Notes under the pieces: model-generated
What the model saw: the letters and a program-made list of their open reading frames with translations, nothing else
What the model was told of the DNA's origin: nothing
The model's database searches: none
In this document: in pieces, positions 10,952 through 21,799 of the stretch
How positions within the stretch are numbered: the stretch's first letter is position 1
Layout: every line of letters starts with the position of its first letter
IMG/VR virus record: IMGVR_UViG_3300045684_000009
Span: 69,829-133,828 of that record
Source: a virus
DNA: 64,000 nt
Strand: one strand, 5' to 3'
Made by a program: the position numbers and the translations under genes

Positions 10952-11853
10952 TCAAAATAGTTTTGTTTTTCATTGAAATTTGCTAATACCACCATATCCT
11001 TTTTAATAGGTTTGGAACTCTTAACTGTGTAATCTTCGTTATCGTCACCTTGAATTTGATACATCTGTTTCTTACCTTTAACCTTTGAAACCATTACAAC
11101 TGTAGTTTGCAAGTCAGGTGCAGATGGTGGTGGTACATTAAGGAGAATATCATCATACAACACTATATTCTCTAACCTAAGTCTCTTAACTATATTAAAG
11201 GTAGCTAATACATCATGAGATACATATTGAGTTATATCCTCTAATCTACCATCGTAATATGCAGCATTTACCATAGACCCGTCAATATCTCCTTTTGGTG
11301 AGGGAATGTCAAGGTGGTAACATAAAGCTATCAATGATGAACCAGGACCTGTGAACGCAGACTTATACATCTCGTTAGTATCGAGAAGGTCAATCTCCCA
11401 AGGTTTAGCACCTAGTACATCTAACATCTTAGGTACTTTTAAAGAGTTAGATTGATAAGCTTTTACCAATTGGGGATAATCAAAGTATTTACCTGCATGC
11501 GCACACAATGTGAATTTATTGTCGTATAGTTTTTCAAGTATTTCTCCTAGTTCAACCAACACTTCACTTTCACTGTCTGATGATATTGTCTTAATTCTGA
11601 ACGTTTGGTCGGATTGTGACCAATATCCAATACCTACCGCTATTATTTTATTGAACTCTGCATATAATGCGGCGGTTCTTTTAAATAAACTGTTTAACTC
11701 ATCTGAGTCAGGTATTTCACCTTCGTTCTTGTTCTTATACTGCCATGCTAACTTACCTGCTTCAGATAAGTCGTCATAGTTTTCTGTTTTAGCACAAGTC
11801 TCTATATCGATGAATGCTATCTTTGTTAAATCTAATCGTTTAATGTAATTCAT
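10939..11853 (-). CDS. Stand-alone PolB-type 3'-5' exonuclease
   Basis: FIDIET (ExoI), H.GKYFD (ExoII), Y...DV (ExoIII), PWE..LLDT and PSPKGDIDGS of the DNA_pol_B_exo2 family. Confidence 0.85.
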   Translation of the reverse strand: MNYIKRLDLTKIAFIDIETCAKTENYDDLSEAGKLAWQYKNKNEGEIPDSDELNSLFKRTAALYAEFNKIIAVGIGYWSQSDQTFRIKTISSDSESEVLVELGEILEKLYDNKFTLCAHAGKYFDYPQLVKAYQSNSLKVPKMLDVLGAKPWEIDLLDTNEMYKSAFTGPGSSLIALCYHLDIPSPKGDIDGSMVNAAYYDGRLEDITQYVSHDVLATFNIVKRLRLENIVLYDDILLNVPPPSAPDLQTTVVMVSKVKGKKQMYQIQGDDNEDYTVKSSKPIKKDMVVLANFNEKQNYFECVN

Positions 11854-12128
11854 ATTATTGTTGTCTATGTTCGTTTGAATAACTTACTTTAATACGGTTG
11901 CGTCCTAATATATACGCCACACCATCTATAAAACCTTCTGCTTTTTCTTCGCCTTTATCATGATAATAGTCACCATAAGATTTAACAAGTTTACCGTCAA
12001 TATATATATCTACACCTTGGCAATCACCACCAAAATCCTCATCCTTATCTTCTTCATCATAATATCCGAACCATGTTGTTACTGTTATTTTTGTTTTCAT
12101 ATCGTACTATTTTCGTAATGTTTAATTT

Positions 12129-12158
12129 AACCCCCACACCTGAATTGATGCGGGGGTT
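12129..12158 (-). terminator. Probable terminator/stem-loop
   Basis: AACCCCC...GGGGGTT hairpin just downstream of ORF 12168..12845. Confidence 0.55.
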
Positions 12159-12167
12159 GATAGTCAA

Positions 12168-12845
12168 TTAAAATAAAAGCTCATCAGAAGTTTTTTCACT
12201 TACTTCGTTTTCAACTTCATCGTCATTTGTTTCTGATCTGTTACCTGCAGAATCGAACCAATCTTGTAATGTCACATCTAAATCAGTACAAATTTGATCT
12301 GCTTCAGGTGTTATACCTGAGCTTTCTAATACAGGAACTCTAAAGGTTACAACACCTTTCTTCCTCTGTTCGAAGTCGGTACAAGTAACTGAACCTTCAG
12401 TCACTGGCTTGTCTTTTGAGAATTCTATCCAAGAACCTAACGCAGAACCCGAAAGTTCTAATGTTCCTATTGAATACTCACCATCTTCATTCTTATATGC
12501 TACGTATAAATAGTTAGCATACTTTCCTCCGTTGTCTCTAATGGAATCTTTTATGTCAGCATATAAACCTTTACATACTGTCTTCTTTCCACATCGAACT
12601 GTAAGAACTTCTGACGATTGGTCTATAATGTGGTTAGACCACAATCTACCACCAATGGCGTCATTCCACCCCGTAATACCGCTTCGTTCGTCTAATACAA
12701 CAAACGTGAATGGGTTTTTTACTAACTCATCTTCGTCTCCGTTGTAAAACTTGAACACACCGCCATCTGCGCCTCCCTTCCATATAAATCGTCTAGTTAC
12801 TGGTGAAGGTCTAGACATACCTTGGTTTGGTCTTGATCGACTCAT
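12168..12845 (-). CDS. putative single-stranded DNA-binding protein
   Basis: Beta-rich core with an acidic C-terminal tail ending ...SDELLF, typical of phage SSBs. Confidence 0.5.
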   Translation of the reverse strand: MSRSRPNQGMSRPSPVTRRFIWKGGADGGVFKFYNGDEDELVKNPFTFVVLDERSGITGWNDAIGGRLWSNHIIDQSSEVLTVRCGKKTVCKGLYADIKDSIRDNGGKYANYLYVAYKNEDGEYSIGTLELSGSALGSWIEFSKDKPVTEGSVTCTDFEQRKKGVVTFRVPVLESSGITPEADQICTDLDVTLQDWFDSAGNRSETNDDEVENEVSEKTSDELLF

Positions 12846-12878
12846 AAAATATATATATTTAAAAAGTTAAAAAATCAA

Positions 12879-13706
12879 TTAAAATAGCTCTATAATTTCT
12901 AAATTCTTTGGTTGCACTGCGTTCTTACCCCACCCCTTCTCTACCGTAATAGAGAAGTACTTTTCAAACACACTATTAGTAGTAAACACTTTGTCAAAAT
13001 AATCAGTAACAGGGTCTTCTCCTAATCCTTGAACCGTTATATGAGACACTGCTAAATACTTCTTTCCCACATTCGCACTATCTAACAATGCAGATAATCC
13101 CTTAAAAGTTCCCCCACCAATCGAAATGTCATCAATAATCAACACATCTTTCCCTCCAAAGTCATCAATAGGTAATTGTTGCTTCAATTTAGTCTTACCA
13201 TTTACATACGTTCGTACTTTTGAGGCGGATAAAACATCACCTTTCCAACCCAACGTATCCATAGTCTTATTAATCCATTTGTAAGCACCTGCGTCAGGAG
13301 ATAGTATACTTACACTTTCATCAATGTGATCGCCTATACTCTTTAACACCTTATTAACAAAAAGAGTATTATCCATAATCTCCACCTTATCACCCATATA
13401 AGCCTCCACGACTTCGGGGTTATGTGGGTGGAAGATGACGAAATCAGCATCCATACCATTTAAGAACTTACATACTTGCTTTAAACCGCTAGATTCATCA
13501 TCATTGAATCTCTTATCAGCTTGGCCATCAATTAACCAAGGTATTATGATAGCAGGTCTTTCTGCGTACTTGTGATTATGTGCATCAACATATTGACCTA
13601 ACTGCCATAACTCTGCATAGTCTCCTATTCTGTATACTACTTGAGGTTCATCTTCCTCAATCTTCCAATAAGTAGTACCGTCTGGGTGTGATATTAGTTT
13701 ATTCAT
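12879..13706 (-). CDS. Ribose-phosphate pyrophosphokinase-like protein (candidate NARP1 ADPR-PP synthetase, Adps)
   Basis: Prs-family motifs QADKRF, FHPH, SPDAGA, K.R, and PRPP-loop LIIDDISIGGGTF. The likely start is ATG 13706. Confidence 0.85.
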   Translation of the reverse strand: MNKLISHPDGTTYWKIEEDEPQVVYRIGDYAELWQLGQYVDAHNHKYAERPAIIIPWLIDGQADKRFNDDESSGLKQVCKFLNGMDADFVIFHPHNPEVVEAYMGDKVEIMDNTLFVNKVLKSIGDHIDESVSILSPDAGAYKWINKTMDTLGWKGDVLSASKVRTYVNGKTKLKQQLPIDDFGGKDVLIIDDISIGGGTFKGLSALLDSANVGKKYLAVSHITVQGLGEDPVTDYFDKVFTTNSVFEKYFSITVEKGWGKNAVQPKNLEIIELF

Positions 13707-14082
13707 TGCCGTTAATTTTATCGTATACTCGACCCAACATTGAGAGAGCGCCATCTAACCCAGCTCTATCGTCAAGTAATATGTTGAAATAAGGTTTAGA
13801 CTCTGTTCCGAACTTAAGATTTGGAATTGCGGGAGTATTAACTCCTACAATATTCAACCCAACTTCCTTACAATACCTCTCTATAAATGGATATCTTTCA
13901 GGAGCAGAAGCTGTCCAAATAATGATGATCATTTGATCTTGCATTCGTAGTAACTCACCTATTGTAATCATACATCTACCCCAACTCGACATTCTATATG
14001 GAAATATAGTGTCATCGAAATCTACAGCAACTATTAATTTACCGTGAGTTACCCACTCATCTGTTAATCTCTGTTCTATCAT
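13699..14082 (-). CDS. HAD-superfamily phosphatase (capless)
   Basis: AVDFDDTI (DxDxT), IIWT, K, LLDD motifs. Confidence 0.75.
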   Translation of the reverse strand: MIEQRLTDEWVTHGKLIVAVDFDDTIFPYRMSSWGRCMITIGELLRMQDQMIIIIWTASAPERYPFIERYCKEVGLNIVGVNTPAIPNLKFGTESKPYFNILLDDRAGLDGALSMLGRVYDKINGNE

Positions 14083-15842
14083 AATTGTTCATTTATACGT
14101 TGTCTAATAGTATCCAATGACTCGTCAATCAATAACTTACCATCTCTGAATACTTCTTTTAATTCTCCTGCATTTTCTACTGACCAAGTGACTCCATCAA
14201 AAGCTTTAATCTTGTCATCTTGTCTGCCTACAGATATCAAACCTTTCAAACTCTTCTTATTCATTCCACCCTTTGTTTTAGGGTCTTTGAATATCTCTTT
14301 ACCTCTTGTTTCATATTCAACATGTTCTTGGTCCATACTGTGTCTAGGTAGTTTAACTGATTGCTCAATATACGTAGCTTTCATAGCAAATCCAAATGTA
14401 TCTCTAGTATTCATCTGATAAGTATAAGAACCTATACCTAGAACTAGATTGTTAGTAGAGAATCCTTTAGCGACTAATCTCTCACATATTTTATTAGCAA
14501 TAGGAATAGTTACTGAGTCACCATAGATAAGACCTATGTGAGTATCAAGGTGCTTGTACATGTTACCATCGCTTCCTTCTACTTCTGTTCCTCCAAATGC
14601 ATCCCACAATACTTCGATTGAGCCTTTGAATTCAGGACTATTTTCTAACTTAGTAAATGTGGACTTATCAGAATCTTTACCGTAGTTGTCTATGTAGTAA
14701 TATTGTTTATCGTATCTATTCCAATCAGGTGAGTATTTAACTGAATATAATTCACCTTTATAACTTATCACCTTAGTTATATCCCCACCACATTCACCAT
14801 GAGGCGTATCCTCTCTCAACTCTGTATCTAAATACTCAGTAGCCCATTCCTTAAACTCTTCAAAAGTTTCAGGCTTGTCAAATCTTTTGTAGATCTTACC
14901 ACATATCATATCCACAATATCACCCGAGTCAGGGCGAACCACCACTCTACCATCACGAGCCATTATCTCTGCTTTAAACTCAGTACATAATAAGTTAAGC
15001 AATGACCAATAGTCATATGTATCAGCTACTATCGACACTATACCTGTAGGGTATAAGTCCAACATGTGGCGGATATAAGCTCTCTCATCACCCTCTCCTT
15101 CATAATGTGAAGATGCTACTGAATGCTCACTGGCAGGTACTGAACCTGCGATAAGTCCGTTTGCGTTATAATACTCCTTAGCAGCTAAGAATGCAGGAAT
15201 AGTGTCTGTACCTGTAAATGATGTTAAATGGGCTAAACCACATACTGACGAGTGTCTACCAAATAAACCTCTCATTGCAAAACTGTGACCTTGCCAATCA
15301 ACAAAATCAACAGGAGTTCCCGTTAATCTAGCATATTTCATAAGTATTTGCTTGTATTCTCTAGCTATAGTGGCGTTAGTCATATATGGCCACAACTCTG
15401 CAGAAAACAAAGTCTCTAAATAATTAGTTAACCAAAAGCATTTAGGGTCAGTGTTGTAGACTGTAACTGCAGGAACGCCTATCGGACACATTGTTCCTTC
15501 AGGTAATGCTTTAATTACCAAAGGTAAGTATCCTAAATCGTGCAGGTAACCTATGTGGTCAGCATCGTATTCTGAACCCATAAATTCTGACATCAATGCT
15601 GAATACTCTTCTACCATTAACTCCTTATCTGCGCTGAAGAAGTGGTCTTCAAAGTCTGCAATTAACTTCTTAAGCACTATCTGAATTCCAAACACCACCA
15701 CTCCATCAGTGTTGTTACCTTGATAATGTCTGCTTGAGCGTGGAGTCCAATTTGAATATACTAACGTAGTATTCTTTGGATACTGAGCTCTGTGTGACAA
15801 CTTGTAGGCATCAGTTGCGTAAATCGGATTTTCATGTATCAT
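14079..15842 (-). CDS. Nicotinamide phosphoribosyltransferase-like protein (candidate NARP1 Namat)
   Basis: TDAYKLSH, SNWTPRS, WLTNYLET, SVPASEHSV, SIVADTYD, VRPDSGD, GLIYGDS, RDTFGFAMKAT, KDPKT. Confidence 0.92.
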   Translation of the reverse strand: MIHENPIYATDAYKLSHRAQYPKNTTLVYSNWTPRSSRHYQGNNTDGVVVFGIQIVLKKLIADFEDHFFSADKELMVEEYSALMSEFMGSEYDADHIGYLHDLGYLPLVIKALPEGTMCPIGVPAVTVYNTDPKCFWLTNYLETLFSAELWPYMTNATIAREYKQILMKYARLTGTPVDFVDWQGHSFAMRGLFGRHSSVCGLAHLTSFTGTDTIPAFLAAKEYYNANGLIAGSVPASEHSVASSHYEGEGDERAYIRHMLDLYPTGIVSIVADTYDYWSLLNLLCTEFKAEIMARDGRVVVRPDSGDIVDMICGKIYKRFDKPETFEEFKEWATEYLDTELREDTPHGECGGDITKVISYKGELYSVKYSPDWNRYDKQYYYIDNYGKDSDKSTFTKLENSPEFKGSIEVLWDAFGGTEVEGSDGNMYKHLDTHIGLIYGDSVTIPIANKICERLVAKGFSTNNLVLGIGSYTYQMNTRDTFGFAMKATYIEQSVKLPRHSMDQEHVEYETRGKEIFKDPKTKGGMNKKSLKGLISVGRQDDKIKAFDGVTWSVENAGELKEVFRDGKLLIDESLDTIRQRINEQL

Positions 15843-15853
15843 ATTGTTGTTTT

Positions 15854-16132
15854 TTAATTTATTTTATCATAAGTTTTATCAAATATTATGGGGTCACAAG
15901 GATAATACTCACCCTCAACTCCCCTAATAATTACGTAACCGTGAGGTACTTTATATGAATCGCCTTCTAAAGTTCTAACCCAAATCTCATTTTCAAAGCC
16001 AAGTTGAGATACAATAAAGTGGTCCTTAATTAGATCATCCATATTGCCTAACCAATTGACAAGTTCGATATAGTCACCATCCCAAATGTGATAATTAATT
16101 TCTACTGGTTTCTTTCTTGCTTTCATGAGCAT
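15854..16132 (-). CDS. conserved phage protein (PGDYG-like)
   Basis: RKKPV...TLEG...VIIRGVEGEYYPC.P.IF.KTY pattern. Confidence 0.65.
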   Translation of the reverse strand: MLMKARKKPVEINYHIWDGDYIELVNWLGNMDDLIKDHFIVSQLGFENEIWVRTLEGDSYKVPHGYVIIRGVEGEYYPCDPIIFDKTYDKIN

Positions 16133-16322
16133 ACGAATTCTACGAATTTATTAATATTGTTATCATTATGGAAAGGGTCGATACTGTCATCACCCCTACA
16201 CTCTTCAGCCTTTATTGGAAATAATTGTAACGCATAGTTAAAATAGGCTTGACCCCATCTCCACTCTGAAGGTTTATTATTTACGTCCATGACTAATTTA
16301 TTAATTCTTTCTAGTTTTGTTT

Positions 16323-17213
16323 TCATAATATATCGTTTAAATGTTTAATTCTTTTATGTCCCACATCATACTGTTGATTGTGTGGTGCATCCATCAAATA
16401 ACAACAAACACCAGCTCTATTTAAATCTATAAAGTTATGATAACTGTCATCTACAAATATATCCAACTCTAATTCTAAAGCAATATCGACCTTAGACCTA
16501 CCTACACCAACAGTATGTACGGGTTTGGTGGGGAATCCCGAATCGAATAACCACTGTTTCGTTACGTCCGTATCAACTGGACGGGACGTGATGTAACAGT
16601 GGGGTTCGAATGGGAGGGTATAATCTACTTTCTTAGGAAGAGATAAGTAAAACTCAGTAAGAGTATCTTGGTCTGTCATCCTATCAAAGTGATCTCTAGT
16701 CTTATAATCAAAGTACCAATATTTAGGATCTGGATCAAGCCCATGTAGATTGGTCCAAGGTCCAACCCAATCACACAACACCTCATCGATATCTAGACCT
16801 ATCTTAAAGTCTCGAAGGTATTCATGTTTTCTATCATCACCTTGAGGATATATCTTATAATAAGTTATTAAAGACGCAAGACCCCAGGCAGCATTCCCTA
16901 AATGTAAAGTTCCCAAATCGGGATCAACATCTTCACCTTTAACCCAAGATGATATATGTCGTTTAACGCTTGCCATAGACCCCATCCAATTTTGTCCTAA
17001 TCTCCAATTGTCTGCACCATCGTCTACAATAGTCATACTTGCAGAATCTTCTAGCGATATGTTAGCTCCTTTATGTTGAACACCTTTTGCATCTTCATAT
17101 ATTGTGTATTTATGTGCACCTAAAGTGTACACCTTAGCTAACTCATCTAGGAACTCTTGAGGTATCAATTCGTACCTTAATTTTCCTTTATTGTATCTTT
17201 TTGCTTTACTCAT
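16323..17213 (-). CDS. dATP/dGTP diphosphohydrolase (DUF5664-like) fused to a HAD 5'-nucleotidase
   Basis: N-terminal K.RYELIP...GAHKY...NWRLG...RH...GED.DPD.G..HL..AAW; C-terminal GLDIDEVL, ITSR, FVDD. Confidence 0.8.
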   Translation of the reverse strand: MSKAKRYNKGKLRYELIPQEFLDELAKVYTLGAHKYTIYEDAKGVQHKGANISLEDSASMTIVDDGADNWRLGQNWMGSMASVKRHISSWVKGEDVDPDLGTLHLGNAAWGLASLITYYKIYPQGDDRKHEYLRDFKIGLDIDEVLCDWVGPWTNLHGLDPDPKYWYFDYKTRDHFDRMTDQDTLTEFYLSLPKKVDYTLPFEPHCYITSRPVDTDVTKQWLFDSGFPTKPVHTVGVGRSKVDIALELELDIFVDDSYHNFIDLNRAGVCCYLMDAPHNQQYDVGHKRIKHLNDIL

Positions 17214-17567
17214 GTTTATCTTTTTTTGTTTCTGAACCTTGGTTAGCCGAGGCTTCTAATATTGCGTAATATGCTTTACAATGGTCACATTGATACATAC
17301 ACTTAGGTTTGTCGTCTATGTCTCGTTGACAGTAGTTAAAATTCGATTGGTTCGTCATAATAAGTTTCTTGTTGCATTATTGTTTTTAAAATTATGATAT
17401 CTTTCATATCAAAATAGTGTGCGATAAATATTCCATGATAATATGCACCCCACAACCCATCGTCGTCTGCTATAGTCAGCCCATCGTATTCGGGATGTAA
17501 ACTCCAAGATACATTGTTCGTCCAAACAAATCCAGCTTTAATTAATCCGTTAATTGTTATATTCATA

Positions 17568-18080
17568 TTATTCAGGTAATAATTTGTTAATTAGTTCTCT
17601 TGCAAATGCGTGAGTGGTCTCCAAGTTTAGTGTAGTCATTAATTCTTCATACTCTTTTCTACACTCATTTTCAAAATCTTTAGACTTTTTAACTATTGCA
17701 GTTAATTGATTAAGAATTTCATCATATTCAGGTTTCCACAAAATCAATTCATCATGTGCGTACTTCGATGTTAAATTAATCCTTTTTTTATCAGATGAAA
17801 TGAAATCTTTATCTTTTCTTATACCTACTATTTCTATAAGATTTGTACTATTAGAACCGAACATTCGACCACCAAATGAAGGTCTATTCATAACCTTAAA
17901 AGGTTTAAATGTAGCATTACGCTTGATGTAATCATCTACTGCTTTTTTAGCAGAAGCATAAGATTGCTTATCTTTACTTTGCCAATCTCGAGAGTCCTCA
18001 ACTACTGCGTAAAACTTCTCACGAACTGTATCGAACATTATTTCAAAACCTCGATAATCTTCTATTAATGCTTTGCTCAT
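17568..18080 (-). CDS. hypothetical protein
   Basis: 170-aa ORF in the operon. Confidence 0.6.
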   Translation of the reverse strand: MSKALIEDYRGFEIMFDTVREKFYAVVEDSRDWQSKDKQSYASAKKAVDDYIKRNATFKPFKVMNRPSFGGRMFGSNSTNLIEIVGIRKDKDFISSDKKRINLTSKYAHDELILWKPEYDEILNQLTAIVKKSKDFENECRKEYEELMTTLNLETTHAFARELINKLLPE

Positions 18081-18094
18081 ATTTGTTTATTTTA

Positions 18095-18889
18095 TTAAAA
18101 TTTAAATTCATCCCCTACTAATCTAATATATCCTCTATCATCATGTTCAAAACATACGGGAGCATATACGGGTAAGTTCCTAGCCCTATTATTAGTCGCA
18201 CATGATACGCCAGTTTTAGTGTCATATTCTACTAACCAAGACGAAGTACATTTCTTGTCTATAACCGCACCTAAATGTCCTAAAGTATCTATACCCCCTC
18301 TATTAGCATGTATCACCACACCAATTACACAGTCATATTCCTCTGCAGCGTTAAGTAAGAACGTAGTAACACGTTTCACACTACTTTCATCGTTGGGATT
18401 CTTCACTAAATCGGCAACTTGGTCTATGAATATGAAACCTATCTCTTTGCCAGATTTAATCATATTGTCAATTATCCCTTTTATCAAGTCTAACCTTTCA
18501 ACAAAGTCAAATTGGCGGAGATGAAACGAGTAATACCCATCTATATTATTATCCTTATGTAAAGAAGTATGAAACTTCTTTTGATTCTTACCCCACTGAT
18601 TCTTCGATTCCTCTGTGACAAAATCAAGTATAACTTGGTCTCCTATCTCCATAGAGAATCCTAAGTTTATCAACTCATCGTCTGTATAATTAGCAGACTC
18701 TATACCTTTAACGAAACCACTCTTCCTAGTTTTCTCTCTTCCATATATTACAACAAGGTCACCAGGACCTGCTACGCCAATAGGTGTATCTAAGTCAGCG
18801 TTTTTATAGTATAGGTAATAAGAATCCTCATCGTAGTGTTTATTAAAGTCGTATTTAATCTCTTCTAATAGTTCTTTATTTAAATCCAT
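18095..18889 (-). CDS. AAA_25/RepA-like P-loop helicase
   Basis: Walker A variant GREKTRKS, Walker B FIDQVAD, VIHAN and LGHLG motifs of SF4-like helicases. Confidence 0.75.
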   Translation of the reverse strand: MDLNKELLEEIKYDFNKHYDEDSYYLYYKNADLDTPIGVAGPGDLVVIYGREKTRKSGFVKGIESANYTDDELINLGFSMEIGDQVILDFVTEESKNQWGKNQKKFHTSLHKDNNIDGYYSFHLRQFDFVERLDLIKGIIDNMIKSGKEIGFIFIDQVADLVKNPNDESSVKRVTTFLLNAAEEYDCVIGVVIHANRGGIDTLGHLGAVIDKKCTSSWLVEYDTKTGVSCATNNRARNLPVYAPVCFEHDDRGYIRLVGDEFKF

Positions 18890-18920
18890 ATATTATGTCA
18901 TTTGTTTTATTTAATACGTT

Positions 18921-18932
18921 GTAAATATACAA
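18921..18932 (-). promoter_or_regulatory. Bacteroidota-type -7 promoter element upstream of the helicase
   Basis: Minus strand TTGTATATTTAC, one mismatch from TAnnTTTG, about 30 nt upstream of the start codon. Confidence 0.4.
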
Positions 18933-19593
18933 AATAGCTAGTGAACTTCAAAGTTTTCTACTTCTTTTAACAATTCATTAACTTCTTCTATTTCTAAACC
19001 ATCCAAATCATCAGGTGTAACAGGTCTAAATCTTGATAATCGGAAATGAGTGTAAGGGAAATTATTAGAGGTGTCTATTTCTTCTACAGACACCCCCAAA
19101 ACTCCCCCCATCATACTCATCTTAACTACTTCTAATATCGTATAAATTCCATCCTTCTTAATCCATTTGGAAGCAGGAAAGTCAGGAGGTTTATTACTAT
19201 CGTCAATACATACTATTTGGTCCATTATATTAATTAGTATTTTGACATTGTTTTAATACAAAGTTGAATAATCTATCTTTGTTTCTAAAGTTATACCTCT
19301 TTTTAGCTCCTTTAAACCTAACCCAATTGTTTGCAGGATTTACATACATATTCCCATTTACAAACAGTTGTTGTTGATGATACCTGTATTCAAATTTAAT
19401 ATCTTCATTTTTCTCAAGGCGTTCAGCAAATCTATCGTATGATGCCCACTTCCTACGCTTATGTCGATAGTTACTTTCTTCTAAAGAAGATTTAACACAT
19501 TCACAAAAATCTTTGTGACATTTAGGGTCAAATATTTCACTATCTATGGCCCATTTACAAGTATCTTCGTTGTGATGTAAGTCTTTTCTCATA

Positions 19594-20238
19594 TCAATTA
19601 GTATTTCGATTGTGATGAGAGTCTAAGAACGCCTCTCTAATATTACAGAAATCTAGGAACTCGTCAATAGTTATAGGTCGGTATTCACCAATCGCGTTAT
19701 ATACGTTGTCAATACCTACATCAAATGATTTACCTAACCCCGCATATGAACCATGAACATGACCAAAAGCATGAAATGCTCCCTTATGTCCTTGATGCCA
19801 TATAGCCATAGGATAATGGTTAACAACTATATTGTTCCCTTTGAATTGGATGTATTGAGTGTCGGCTGCAGGTAACACATTCTCGAAATAGTGTTTGTGT
19901 AAACCTTTAGTTCGAATGTTATGATCGTGATTACCATATGTTAGAATGATATTCTTACAGTTCACTCGTTCTGCAAACTCTAATATTCTATGTGCACCAC
20001 CAAATGCAACATCACCTGCATGCATTAATACATCGTTCTCCTTTACGTTTTCGTTGATACCTTTAATAATAGTATCATTCATTTCTTCTAAGGTGTCGAA
20101 GTCTCGCACTGAGTTGTCACCTCCATGTTGAGATAAATCCCAACGAGTAGTTCCTCTACATATGTTGTTGTGTGCGTAATGTGTATCGGAAGTTAACCAT
20201 AGTTGGTCAAACTTATTTAATGAGTCAAATCTTACCAT
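19594..20238 (-). CDS. Calcineurin-like metallophosphoesterase
   Basis: TSDTH, GD, GNHD, HYP, GHVH, DVGID motifs. Confidence 0.9.
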   Translation of the reverse strand: MVRFDSLNKFDQLWLTSDTHYAHNNICRGTTRWDLSQHGGDNSVRDFDTLEEMNDTIIKGINENVKENDVLMHAGDVAFGGAHRILEFAERVNCKNIILTYGNHDHNIRTKGLHKHYFENVLPAADTQYIQFKGNNIVVNHYPMAIWHQGHKGAFHAFGHVHGSYAGLGKSFDVGIDNVYNAIGEYRPITIDEFLDFCNIREAFLDSHHNRNTN

Positions 20239-20462
20239 TTTACTGATTTTAATTTCTTATTTAATTATTATTTAATCGCACCAAGGCTCTCCTTTATCTA
20301 ATTCTCCAAATAATCTGTTAGATAATCTACGAGCCCTGTTAATAACTTCGTCATCTAATAACTCCTTGTTCTCGTCAATGTATTGTGTTAATGCAACACA
20401 TATTATAACTACATCTTTATAGTGTAATTTTGTTGTTACTTTTTCATATATGTCGTATCCCA

Positions 20463-21197
20463 TTACTTCTTATTTGTCATTTGTAATTTCCAGCCTTTAG
20501 GAAACAGTTGTTTATATATTTCAAAATTCCACATTTGAAGACATTCTAACCACCACAAAGTATCATACGTATTGTGGTTAAACATCTTATTCAATTCAGA
20601 GTAAACTCTTTCAGTAGATATTACTGAGAAGTCTCCATTGTAATCTTTGATAGCGTCTTCTATCTCATCTGACAATTCAAACTCTTTAGTACATGCAAAT
20701 CTCAATGCTCTCAATATACGTAGAGGGTCATCGTTGAAAGTCACATGAGCGTCAATAGGTGTTTGTAAAATTCGGTTAGCCAAATCTTCCATCCCACCAA
20801 ACAAATCAATAATCTCACCATCCTCCGCTTTAGCCATTGCATTAACAGTAAAGTCTCTACGCTCTAAGTCATCTCTCAATGTACCTAGTTCAACTATAGG
20901 AGTCCTTGTTCCCTCCACATATCCAACTTCTTTTCGGGCAATAACAAAGTCAGCAACACCACTATGAGTATGGTCATCGGGAAACAAAGCACGAACAGTA
21001 TAACAATTTTCCGTAACCAAAAAGATTTCATATCCTTGTGTTTCTAAATGTTCAGCAAATTTGCGTGTAACTGTATTGACATCCCATTTTGTGGGGTCAT
21101 CTAATACAACCGAATAATCTATATCCTTAGATTGTAATCCTAACAATTGGTCTCTTATCCGACCACCAACCTCATATAGTGTATATTTCATTACCAA
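20463..21197 (-). CDS. tRNA nucleotidyltransferase (CCA-adding)/poly(A) polymerase family
   Basis: VGG.IRD.LLG..SKDID, DL.RRDFTVNAMA, DDPLRILRALRF, S.ERV..EL.K. Confidence 0.9.
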   Translation of the reverse strand: MVMKYTLYEVGGRIRDQLLGLQSKDIDYSVVLDDPTKWDVNTVTRKFAEHLETQGYEIFLVTENCYTVRALFPDDHTHSGVADFVIARKEVGYVEGTRTPIVELGTLRDDLERRDFTVNAMAKAEDGEIIDLFGGMEDLANRILQTPIDAHVTFNDDPLRILRALRFACTKEFELSDEIEDAIKDYNGDFSVISTERVYSELNKMFNHNTYDTLWWLECLQMWNFEIYKQLFPKGWKLQMTNKK

Positions 21198-21799
21198 CTC
21201 ACTCTAAATGTAATTTCATCGCCAATATTGACTCGCATTTTACCCCTAACCTTGCGCAAATGCTCACAAGCTTGTTCACATGCCATATCTAAAGGCATAT
21301 CATCATCTTCTGTAAATCCAACGTATTCTGAAACTGTATGGTTGTAGGTTTCACCGTCATAAAAGTCTAAATCCTTCCATAATTCAATTACGTGTGGGGG
21401 GAAACCATCTTGAAATATTTCATATATCCTTGTTTGTTTCATTATGCTCCTAATTTTAATACATCAGTAAATGAAGGTTCGGATATTGAGATATTCCAAC
21501 TACCCTTAATCTCACCAGCCTTAGTGATAGTCTTCCACATATCTCCATGCTCCTCACCCTCACCCTCTACGAAGAAGAAGTGGTTGGGGAATAACTTTGA
21601 AAGCTCCTTAATATTTGATTCATGATCGTACCATTTCATGTCATCACCAAGTTCACCTAAATCAATACTGTACTCAGATATATCTTCTAACCTACGTTCT
21701 ATTAGGTATGCCTCGTCAGATGTATAATCCAACTTTTCAAATTTACCATTTGTCTTTTCAGTGTAAACGTTTACTATAAATCTTGTGTAATATCCCATG

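Noticed and set aside
12879-15842. Classical NadV + NMNAT salvage (NARP2)
   Set aside because: No HxGH adenylyltransferase is present in the window, and the partner gene is Prs-like.
16323-17213. 2-aminoadenine (Z) genome pathway
   Set aside because: No PurZ or DatZ-like gene is visible in the window, so the diphosphohydrolase alone is insufficient evidence.
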